Positions 32,927-39,769 of a DNA stretch of 39,769 nt are shown here, piece after piece (the stretch's first letter is position 1; every line of letters starts with the position of its first letter). The notes below the pieces were generated by a model, which saw nothing but the letters and a program-made list of their open reading frames with translations, was not told the DNA's origin and made no database searches. The DNA comes from an uncultured Candidatus Sumerlaeota bacterium (GTDB taxonomy: Bacteria; Sumerlaeota; Sumerlaeia; MWCT01), in NCBI GenBank assembly GCA_964526215.1, contig CAZGKP010000002.1, forward strand, positions 1 through 39,769, written 5' to 3'. A program made the translations under genes and the position numbers.

Positions 32927-35900
32927 ATGATAAAGATGTTATGGAAAAAACTCCTTCCCCTTCTGGTGTTTGCACTTCTTTCGTGGGTAAGTATCTCGGT
33001 GTGGAGAGACCGCATCAATTATGACAGACGGATTCTCGATGCGCATACAAGGGATGTCACAAATGGGATAGCTCACGGCTTTGAGACATTTATGGAAGAC
33101 CGCCTCGCTGTTCTGGAGAGCCTTGCCAAAAGGTGGCCGGAAAGCCCTGATTTCACACAACAGCGCTTTGTAGGCTTTGCCAAAATCTGGTACGGTGCCT
33201 ATCCCGGTTTCCTGGCAATTAACTGGATTGACCCAGAGGGTGTTATACGCTGGGTATATCCTGTGGAGCCTAATCGCGCAGCGCTTAATAAGAATTTGCA
33301 TAAACACCCCGAGCTGGGAGTTCAGGAGGCTTTCCGCCGCGCCGAAAGAACACACCGCTATTCGATAACGCCCTGTATAGAACTCTATCAGGGTGGACAG
33401 GGTTTCGCAACGTACTGGCCCCTTATCTACGAGGGACGCCTGCAGGGCTATCTCAACGGTGTATTCAGGGTAAAACCCCTCATCTCGGAATTTTCGAGGC
33501 TGTCGAAGATAACGGGGTTCTGGCTTGAGGTTTACGAAGATGATAGGCGCATTTACAAGTTTGAACCGGGTGGTATTGCACCAACCGGGGAAGCGCATCG
33601 GGTCTGGCAAAACGTTCATTTCCGGGGAAGGACCTGGCGGCTTGGAGTAAGACCGGAGACAGAATCAGTTGAATCGGTACGTGCCGTAAAAAACTTGCCG
33701 CTGCTGGCATTGCTGCTTGCCCTATCGGCGGTTTTGTCGCTGCTGTTGCACTACTTTATACGCCACGCTGACCAGTATAAGGCGCTGTGGCGCCAGGCAA
33801 TGTCCGAGGCGAAAGAGCGCAAAAGTGCCGAGGAGAAGCTGCGTTTGCGTAATGAGATGCTTGCCGCACAGAACGCCGTAGCTCGCGCGGTTGCAACCAG
33901 CCTTACGCCCGAGGCGCTGTCTGACCGTCTCTTAGAAGAGGTTCAGCGTCTCTTTCCGTGTGATGCGTTCTTTGTCAAGTCATACAATCCCCAGGAGGAC
34001 GAGGCGCTGGGCATTCGCGATTATGATACCATAGGAGATAAACTACAGAGGACATCTCTTATACATGCGCCCATTCACGAGGAAACGCGTCTGGGAAAGG
34101 TTATCAGGGAGCGCAAACCGCTCTTAATCAATCGCAAAGAGCCGATGAAGGAAGCGGCGGCATCCGGACTTGTCCCCTTCGGAGATGCAACCCGACCATC
34201 TGCCTCGCTGATGTTCGTCCCAATGGTGGTGGGCGACCAGGTTGTAGGCGTGATGTCGGTTCAAAGTTATACCCTCAACGCCTATAATGAGCGGCACCTC
34301 GAGCTATTTTACGCAATGGCGCAGCAAGCAGGTGCGGCGCTTCAGGCATCCTTACTCGCTCGAAAATTGCGTGAAAGTGAGGAGCGATTCAGTCAGGTCA
34401 CCCAAGCCACCGGAGACTGGATATGGGAGACGGACACTCAAGGGCGCTATGTGTATTCCAGTCCGGTTGTGGAGAAAATCCTCGGCTATACACCCCGGGA
34501 GATGCTTGGGAAACACTTCTATGATTTCCTCCATCCCGATGAGCGGGAGGAACTTAAAGCCCGTGCCCTTGAAACATTTTCACTGAAGCAACCGTTCATC
34601 TCCTTTGTGAACCGCAATATCCATAAAGATGGGCATACGGTCATTCTCGAAACGACCGGGGTTCCATTACTCGATGCGGAGGGTAATCTCATCGGGTATC
34701 GGGGTGCTGACCGAGACATAACTGAGCGTGTGCAAGCCGAGGAGGCACTTCGTGAGAGCGAGCAACGCTTCCGCGCCATCTTTGAGACCATCCCGGATTC
34801 CATCTTCCTCAAAGACCAATCTCTCCACTATGCACAGGTCAATCCGGGTATGGAGGCATTATTCGGGGTGCGTAAAGAGGAACTAATCGGTAAGTCAGAT
34901 AGGGAGTTGTTCGGAGAAGAGGAAGCCACTCACCTGGCAGAGATTGACAGACGAGTCCTTGCGGGGGAAATCGTTAGTGAGGAGCGCACCAAACCGGTTC
35001 GTGGCATTCCCTATACATTCCACACAGTTAGGGTCCCAATGCGAGATACCACGGGGAAAATTATTGGAATATGCGGGATTGCGCGTGATATAACCGAGAG
35101 AAAGTCCGCCGAGGAAGCGCTCCGAGAACAGGCATGGCGCAATGAACAAATACTTTACACTTCAATAGATGGCTTCTTTCTACTGGGAGTTGACGGGGGG
35201 CTGCGGGAGGCTAATCCGGCGTTTTGCAGAATGGTTGGCTATTCGCGTGATGAGCTGCTTGGTATGAACATCCGTGACCTCGAGGCAAAGGAAACGCCTG
35301 AAGAAACTACACGGCATATTAAGGCAGTCCGGGCGAAAGGAGGCGACAGATTCGAGACTCGCTACCGCTGCAAGAATGGACACATTGTAAACCTTGCTAT
35401 CAGCACGACATTCTACGAGGGTAAGGGGGCAAGGTTCATCATCGGTTTCGCACGCGACATCACCGAGCAAATCCGTCTTGAGAACCAGCTCCGGCAGGCG
35501 GCAAAGATGGAGGCGGTGGGGCGACTCGCTGGCGGCATCGCTCACGACTTTAATAATGTCCTTACGGGTATTCTCGGCTTCGCCGATAGAGCCCTTGAAA
35601 AAGTACCCCCCGATAGCCCAATCCGCTCAGACCTGGAAGTGGTGATTTCGCTCGCCGAACGTGCCTCCGACCTCACAAGCCAGCTCCTTGCCTTCGGTCG
35701 AAAAAAGATACTTGCACCCCGCATCTTCAATATCAATACGGTTATTGAAAATGTAGACAAGATGCTCCAACAGATAATCGGGGAAGATATAGACCTTGTA
35801 ACCGTTCCTGCCCCTGACCTTGGGCAGGTGAAGGCAGACCCCACACAGATTGAACAGGTGATTCTCAACCTTGCCGTTAATTCAAGAGAGGCTATGCCAA

Positions 35901-36625
35901 GGGGCGGCAAACTTACCATCGAGACTGCTAACGTTGACCTTGACGAGGAATATGCTCGCACTCACCCGGGCGCTAAACAGGGTCCGTATGTGATGCTTGC
36001 CGTAAGCGATACGGGCTGCGGGATAAGTAAGGAGATTATGCAGCACGTATTTGAGCCGTTTTTTACAACCAAGGAACCGGGTAGGGGGACAGGGCTGGGA
36101 CTGGCGACCGTTTATGGTATCGTCAAACAGTCAGAAGGGAATGTCTGGGTCTATTCCGAACCGGATAAAGGGGCTACATTCAAGGTATATCTGCCGCGCA
36201 TCGAGGAGGAGGAGGAGAAAATTGTCCGAGCAAGGGAGCCGGATGAACTACCGGGTGGAACCGAGACCATCCTCGTGGTCGAAGATGAAGAGACTGTGCG
36301 TGAACTGGCGGTGCACACTCTTCGCGACAAGGGATATACCGTCCTTGAGGCACAAAATGGTCAGGAAGCCCTCACCTGCTACGAACACTACGAGGGGAAG
36401 ATTGACCTGTTGTTGACAGATGTTGTTATGCCGGAGATGGGGGGATATGACCTTGCGAGCCACCTGAAGCCGCAGAGACCGGATACGAAAGTCCTTTACA
36501 TCTCCGGTTACACAGAAAATGCCATTGTCCACGACGGCATACTGGCGCCCGGGACAGCCTTTTTAGCAAAGCCCTTCCGCCCGGAGAGCCTTTTGCGGAA
36601 GGTTCGCCAGGTGCTTGAATCCTGA
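32927..36625 (+). CDS. Hybrid sensor histidine kinase (extracytoplasmic sensor, GAF, three PAS, HisKA, HATPase_c, receiver)
   Basis: Two TM segments flank a ~230-aa periplasmic domain. GAF-like region. Three PAS modules, each ending in DIT(E)R. H-box [13 protein letters not shown]-boxes DTGCGI and GTGLGLA. Receiver ILVVEDEE...[14 protein letters not shown]...KPF. Confidence 0.9.
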   Translation: MIKMLWKKLLPLLVFALLSWVSISVWRDRINYDRRILDAHTRDVTNGIAHGFETFMEDRLAVLESLAKRWPESPDFTQQRFVGFAKIWYGAYPGFLAINWIDPEGVIRWVYPVEPNRAALNKNLHKHPELGVQEAFRRAERTHRYSITPCIELYQGGQGFATYWPLIYEGRLQGYLNGVFRVKPLISEFSRLSKITGFWLEVYEDDRRIYKFEPGGIAPTGEAHRVWQNVHFRGRTWRLGVRPETESVESVRAVKNLPLLALLLALSAVLSLLLHYFIRHADQYKALWRQAMSEAKERKSAEEKLRLRNEMLAAQNAVARAVATSLTPEALSDRLLEEVQRLFPCDAFFVKSYNPQEDEALGIRDYDTIGDKLQRTSLIHAPIHEETRLGKVIRERKPLLINRKEPMKEAAASGLVPFGDATRPSASLMFVPMVVGDQVVGVMSVQSYTLNAYNERHLELFYAMAQQAGAALQASLLARKLRESEERFSQVTQATGDWIWETDTQGRYVYSSPVVEKILGYTPREMLGKHFYDFLHPDEREELKARALETFSLKQPFISFVNRNIHKDGHTVILETTGVPLLDAEGNLIGYRGADRDITERVQAEEALRESEQRFRAIFETIPDSIFLKDQSLHYAQVNPGMEALFGVRKEELIGKSDRELFGEEEATHLAEIDRRVLAGEIVSEERTKPVRGIPYTFHTVRVPMRDTTGKIIGICGIARDITERKSAEEALREQAWRNEQILYTSIDGFFLLGVDGGLREANPAFCRMVGYSRDELLGMNIRDLEAKETPEETTRHIKAVRAKGGDRFETRYRCKNGHIVNLAISTTFYEGKGARFIIGFARDITEQIRLENQLRQAAKMEAVGRLAGGIAHDFNNVLTGILGFADRALEKVPPDSPIRSDLEVVISLAERASDLTSQLLAFGRKKILAPRIFNINTVIENVDKMLQQIIGEDIDLVTVPAPDLGQVKADPTQIEQVILNLAVNSREAMPRGGKLTIETANVDLDEEYARTHPGAKQGPYVMLAVSDTGCGISKEIMQHVFEPFFTTKEPGRGTGLGLATVYGIVKQSEGNVWVYSEPDKGATFKVYLPRIEEEEEKIVRAREPDELPGGTETILVVEDEETVRELAVHTLRDKGYTVLEAQNGQEALTCYEHYEGKIDLLLTDVVMPEMGGYDLASHLKPQRPDTKVLYISGYTENAIVHDGILAPGTAFLAKPFRPESLLRKVRQVLES

Positions 36626-36684
36626 ACGGGCATTATGATTTGCCACGGCAACTTTGCCGGAAATCTATGAAAATGGTTTTTAAC

Positions 36685-36711
36685 CCGCGGGAGAGGTTCT
36701 GGCTCCCGCGG
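36685..36711. terminator. Hairpin between the convergent kinase and rnc genes
   Basis: CCGCGGGAG-AGGTTCTGG-CTCCCGCGG, a 9-bp GC-rich stem. A second hairpin, CGCCGC-CGAGAT-GCGGCG, lies at 36727-36744. No clear U-tracts. Confidence 0.35.
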
Positions 36712-36791
36712 AGTTCACAAAGCTTGCGCCGCCGAGATGCGGCGGGCACAGAGATATTTTCTTCCCTGTGGTAATAAATTTTCCGGGTAGC

Positions 36792-36814
36792 GCCGAAGGC
36801 GCACCATCGGTGGG
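36792..36814 (+). repeat. R3 23-mer, copy 1 (7 nt downstream of the rnc stop)
   Basis: GCCGAAGGCGCACCATCGGTGGG. Identical to 39034-39056. 22/23 to the reverse complement of 37548-37570. Confidence 0.8.
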
Positions 36815-36821
36815 CAGAATA

Positions 36822-37535
36822 TTAGTGGTAGGGGTATTCGAGGGCGATGCGGGCGGCATCGTTCTCGGCTTCCTTCTTGCGGGAGCCATAACCTTTCCCG
36901 AAGGGCTTTCCCTGAATGGTAACCTCGATGCAGAAACTCTTCTTATGGTCAGGTCCGCTCTGGCTTATGAGTCGGTATTCGGGGACACACTGGAAGTTTT
37001 TCTGTGCATATTCCTGCAGGCGCGATTTGTAGTCGGCGAATATGTCGGACTGAAGGAGTTCCTCGGCGGGTTTGATGAGTTTCTCTTTGACAAAGTGGGA
37101 AACATCCTCGAGGGGGGCAGAGAGATAAAACGCCCCGATGAGGGACTCGAGGGCGCAACCCAGAAGGGTGGAACGCCGCCTGCCACCGCTTATTTCTTCT
37201 CCTTTGCCTAAAAGCAATAGATTGCCGATTCCGAGCCGCGTCGCCTGTCGCCCAAGCATCGAACGGCTCACAATCCGTGCCTTTCGCTTTGAAAGCCTGC
37301 CTTCATCTGCATCTGGGTATTTATCATAAAGGTAACGGGAGACCAGGAATCCAAGGACAGCATCTCCCAGAAATTCGAGGCGCTCATTATCTCCGGGTAG
37401 ACCCTTCTCGAATGCATACGAACTGTGCGTGAGGGCGAGGTTCACCCGTTTTAGGTCTGCACTCTGAAGGTTAAGGGATTTCAGGAATGCCTTCAGTGCT
37501 TTTTTTCGGGGAGAGTCTATATAGTCATCCGTCAT
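36822..37535 (-). CDS. rnc: Ribonuclease III
   Basis: Signature NERLEFLGDAVLG. C-terminal dsRBD (DYKSRLQEYAQK..PEYRLISQSGPDHKKSF..GSRKKEAENDAARIAL). Confidence 0.92.
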   Translation of the reverse strand: MTDDYIDSPRKKALKAFLKSLNLQSADLKRVNLALTHSSYAFEKGLPGDNERLEFLGDAVLGFLVSRYLYDKYPDADEGRLSKRKARIVSRSMLGRQATRLGIGNLLLLGKGEEISGGRRRSTLLGCALESLIGAFYLSAPLEDVSHFVKEKLIKPAEELLQSDIFADYKSRLQEYAQKNFQCVPEYRLISQSGPDHKKSFCIEVTIQGKPFGKGYGSRKKEAENDAARIALEYPYH

Positions 37536-37547
37536 ATCTATATAAAA

Positions 37548-37570
37548 CCCACCGATGGCGCGCCTTCGGC
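37548..37570 (-). repeat. R3 23-mer, copy 2, inverted (12 nt upstream of the rnc ATG)
   Basis: Plus strand CCCACCGATGGCGCGCCTTCGGC. The reverse complement GCCGAAGGCGCGCCATCGGTGGG differs from copies 1 and 3 at one base (G for A). Confidence 0.8.
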
Positions 37571-37596
37571 GTCATAAGTTGTGCTGCATATCTTCA

Positions 37597-37765
37597 CCTT
37601 ATACTCTTCATCTCCATCTTCATCTCCGCATCTTGCTATTTCCTCCGCCACACGCGTTTCTAACCGCCTCAATAAGGGCATCCCGCCAGGGGCGCGCCCG
37701 TAATAGCTAAGATGAAGACGAAGATGAAGATTTCATAAGGGAACACACGCGTGAGTCCCATTTTT
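37597..37765. repeat. R2 element (complete) in the fabF-rnc spacer
   Basis: Left arm CCTTATACTCTTCATCTCCATCTTCATCTCC (37597-37627). Right arm AAGATGAAGACGAAGATGAAGATTTCATAAGG (37709-37740). The core contains an R3-like CCCGCCAGGGGCGCGCCCG (37682-37700). Flank GGGAACACACGCGTGAGTCCC parallels 9624-9644. Confidence 0.6.
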
Positions 37766-37774
37766 TTGCCTCGC

Positions 37775-39016
37775 TTATTCCCATCGTCGCATAACGATTA
37801 CGGCATTATGCCCTCCAAAGCCCAGTGAGTTGGAGATGGCGATATTGACCGGGGCTGTGCGCGCTGTGTTGGGGACGTAATCGAGGTCGCAATCGGGGTC
37901 GGGGTTTTCATAATTTATGGTCGGGGGGATTTTGCCCTCGTGAATGGTCAGGGCGGTTGCTACTGCCTCTGCGGCGCCGGCTGCACCGAGCATATGCCCT
38001 ATCATCGATTTGTTGGAGCTAATGGCTAATTTGTATGCATGCTCGCCAAATACAGTCTTTATTGCCTGAGTTTCGGTTTTGTCATTAAGCGGGGTGGATG
38101 TTCCATGTGCATTGATATAGTCAACGGCAGAAGGAGGAATGCCGGCATCGTTCAGTGCGGCACGCATAGCCCTTGCGGCGCCCTCGCCTTCCGGGGGAGG
38201 TGCGGTCAGGTGATAGGCATCACCGCTGAATCCATAACCGACGATTTCGCAATAGATTTTCGCTCCGCGGCTCTTTGCGTGCTCGAGTTCCTCCAGCACG
38301 AGGATGCCTGCACCTTCTGCCAGAAGGAAGCCGTCCCGCTCTTTATCGAAGGGTCTGCTGGCTTTTTCAGGTGCATCGTTACGGCGAGTGATGGCATGCA
38401 TATTGTCGAAACCGGCGAGTCCAAGCGGTGTGATAGCCGCCTCTGCACCGCCCGTAATCATATAGATGGCGTCGCCGCGCTGGATGGTCCTAAACGCATC
38501 CCCGGTGGCATTTGTTCCCGATGCACAGGCTGTTACAACGCAGGAATTTGGTCCCTTCAGCCCCAGGTCTATGGCGACCATCGCTGACGCCATATTGGGG
38601 ATTATCTTTGGTATGAGGAATGGCGTTACGCGACGGGGACCCTTGTTCACAAGAATCTGATTCTGTTTTTCGATTAAGCCTATCCCGCCAATCCCGACGC
38701 CGATGATGACACCGAACCGGTCGCTATTGATACTATCTTTAGAGAAACCGGCATCAGAGAACGCCTCCCGCGCCGCCACTATCGCAAACTGGCAGAATTG
38801 CTCGGTCTTTCTTACTACCTTTCTGTCGAGGTGCTCCTCGGGTTTGAACCTCTTTACCTCTGCGGCAATCCTGGAGTTATTGTTCGAGGTATCGAAGTAT
38901 GTAATGGGACCCGCCCCACTCTTCCCCGAGACAAGGGCGTCCCAAAATGTCCTTGTATCATTTCCGATTGGGGTAATTACTCCAAGACCCGTAACAACTA
39001 CGCGCTTTTTTTCCAT
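37775..39016 (-). CDS. fabF: Beta-ketoacyl-ACP synthase II
   Basis: [16 protein letters not shown], active-site [14 protein letters not shown] and GHMLGAAG motifs. Start at ATG 39016 (MEKKRVVV). The track extension to 39049 runs into the R3 repeat. Confidence 0.92.
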   Translation of the reverse strand: MEKKRVVVTGLGVITPIGNDTRTFWDALVSGKSGAGPITYFDTSNNNSRIAAEVKRFKPEEHLDRKVVRKTEQFCQFAIVAAREAFSDAGFSKDSINSDRFGVIIGVGIGGIGLIEKQNQILVNKGPRRVTPFLIPKIIPNMASAMVAIDLGLKGPNSCVVTACASGTNATGDAFRTIQRGDAIYMITGGAEAAITPLGLAGFDNMHAITRRNDAPEKASRPFDKERDGFLLAEGAGILVLEELEHAKSRGAKIYCEIVGYGFSGDAYHLTAPPPEGEGAARAMRAALNDAGIPPSAVDYINAHGTSTPLNDKTETQAIKTVFGEHAYKLAISSNKSMIGHMLGAAGAAEAVATALTIHEGKIPPTINYENPDPDCDLDYVPNTARTAPVNIAISNSLGFGGHNAVIVMRRWE

Positions 39017-39033
39017 ACGAACCTCTAATTGAT

Positions 39034-39057
39034 GCCGAAGGCGCACCATCGGTGGGG
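39034..39057 (+). repeat. R3 23-mer, copy 3 (18 nt upstream of the fabF ATG)
   Basis: GCCGAAGGCGCACCATCGGTGGGG, identical to copy 1 over 23 nt. Confidence 0.8.
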
Positions 39058-39161
39058 TGTAACCGTCCTAATCCTTCATAATTTCACTACAAAGCGCACG
39101 GAGAACATAGAGAACTCCGGGATTTGCAGAATCCCCGTGGCGAAGGATTAAGACATAATCG

Positions 39162-39193
39162 AAAAAGTGGGTAAAATGCCCGCCCGGGTGGGC
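39162..39193 (-). terminator. Possible attenuating terminator after acpP
   Basis: The minus-strand RNA reads GCCCACCCGGGCGGGC (GC hairpin with one mismatch) followed by AUUUUACCCACUUUUU. Confidence 0.35.
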
Positions 39194-39208
39194 GACCCTC
39201 TTGCTCAT

Positions 39209-39231
39209 CCCACCAGGGGCGCGCCTGCGGC
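39209..39231 (-). repeat. R3 variant (AGG/CCT subtype) in the acpP-fabF spacer
   Basis: Plus strand CCCACCAGGGGCGCGCCTGCGGC. 19/23 identical to 37548-37570, and the same subtype as 37682-37700. Confidence 0.6.
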
Positions 39232-39247
39232 TTGAAAGAGTAGGATT

Positions 39248-39496
39248 TTATCCCTCTTGTGCAGGGACCTTTTCCTCAATAAATTTTATTGCCTCGCCGA
39301 CAGTGGAGATTTTCTCTGCCTCTTCATCCGGTATATCAATGCCGAATTTCTCCTCGAACTCCATAACAAGCTCCACGATGTCCAGCGAGTCTGCACCAAG
39401 GTCTTCTATAAAGGATGCATCATCGGTCAGTTCCTCTGGATTCACCCCGAGCTGTTCAACAATAATCTGTTTCACCTTTTCCCTTACGTCTGTCAT
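39248..39496 (-). CDS. acpP: Acyl carrier protein
   Basis: 82 aa. Phosphopantetheine attachment motif [28 protein letters not shown] upstream. Confidence 0.92.
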   Translation of the reverse strand: MTDVREKVKQIIVEQLGVNPEELTDDASFIEDLGADSLDIVELVMEFEEKFGIDIPDEEAEKISTVGEAIKFIEEKVPAQEG

Positions 39497-39667
39497 TCAA
39501 CGCTACCTCCTCAAAAAATTTTCTCCCGCGGGTTTATTTACGGAAAGATAAAATCTTTTGTCTAATAGTTCTAACACTTTCCCGATTTCAAGCAAAAAAG
39601 TGTGCAGGCAGACGGCTTCAGCAGACTAAAGTCTTCCGGGGGCATTGCCCCCACCAGGCTTTCTTCT

Positions 39668-39726
39668 CTCCAAAAAGGATGAAAATGTTATGATTACGAT
39701 TACAATTATGATTATAACCGGAATAC
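39668..39726 (-). repeat. R1 copy D (inverted; same box, different arm)
   Basis: The reverse complement reads GTATTCCGGTTATAATCATAATTGTAATCGTAATCATAACATTTTCATCCTTTTTGGAG. The AACATTTT(T)CATCCTTTT(T)GGAG box is shared with R1 A and B. The arm is an (ATAATC/GTAATC)-type tract instead of TGTCCGTTGTC. Confidence 0.4.
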
Positions 39727-39769
39727 AGCGATAACTTTCGATTATGTTGAAAACACTTCACATAAATAA

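Noticed and set aside
36680-36889. A 69-aa minus-strand ORF overlapping the rnc 3' end and the R3 repeat.
   Set aside because: It overlaps the well-supported rnc gene out of frame, is Pro/Ala/Arg-rich, and is explained by GC-rich hairpins and repeat sequence.
39017-39049. N-terminal extension of fabF ([11 protein letters not shown]).
   Set aside because: It has a non-canonical start inside the R3 repeat. The ATG at 39016 gives the canonical KAS II N-terminus ([12 protein letters not shown]) with an upstream AGAGG.

Overview
This is a 39.8-kb bacterial chromosomal window, roughly 50% GC by eye and densely coded. It holds about 27 credible protein genes and one tRNA. There are no rRNA genes, CRISPR arrays, transposases, integrases or phage genes. 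No database search was run; every product call rests on motifs read in the supplied translations.

Gene content, left to right:
- A polysaccharide-synthesis pair (GT4 glycosyltransferase, cut by the window edge, and a polyprenyl-phosphate sugar transferase).
- A four-helix-bundle (23S rRNA IVS-family) ORF.
- An alpha-glucan locus: GH13 enzyme, a pseudopilin, a secreted protein with four carbohydrate-binding-like repeats, and a LacI regulator.
- A PflX-like radical SAM enzyme.
- An operon in which a 765-aa CHC2-zinc-finger/TPR/tandem PilZ-like protein is translationally coupled to cobO.
- tRNA-Gly(UCC).
- A HAD hydrolase, a small membrane protein, and a 1470-aa double-activase/dehydratase-like fusion.
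- A membrane SGNH hydrolase, GH172 with a discoidin domain, aroE, and a small Zn-ribbon protein.
- A GT-C-type membrane glycosyltransferase, an M20 dipeptidase overlapping ogg, a Spy/CpxP-like protein, and a second pseudopilin.
- A 990-aa FAD-oxidoreductase/SLH-like/propeller-like fusion, a 1232-aa hybrid histidine kinase, and acpP-fabF-rnc on the minus strand.

Lineage is inference only. The pseudopilin N-termini (FTLIELLVVVAIIAILA..PNFLEAQTRSKVSR) and the repeat content suggest an uncultivated PVC-like or candidate-phylum organism.

The most unusual signal is at the RNA/DNA level, not in a protein operon. Nearly every intergenic spacer carries members of inter-related repeat families:
- R1: a TGTCCGTTGTC-type arm plus a CATCCTTTTGGGAGG box.
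- R2: TCTTCATCT-type inverted arms.
- R3: the 23-mer GCCGAAGGCGCACCATCGGTGGG.
- R4: AATTCACTATTC..CTCATTC.
- Several solitary long hairpins.

These look like intact, decayed or ORF-less versions of the stem-plus-four-helix-ORF architecture known from 23S rRNA intervening sequences. Three observations stand out:
1. One intact cassette sits between two mRNA genes.
2. R2/R3 sequence appears in frame within the 1470-aa gene.
3. The RNase III gene itself is bracketed by R3 copies that would form a 23-bp dsRNA stem across its own mRNA, with a third identical copy upstream of fabF.
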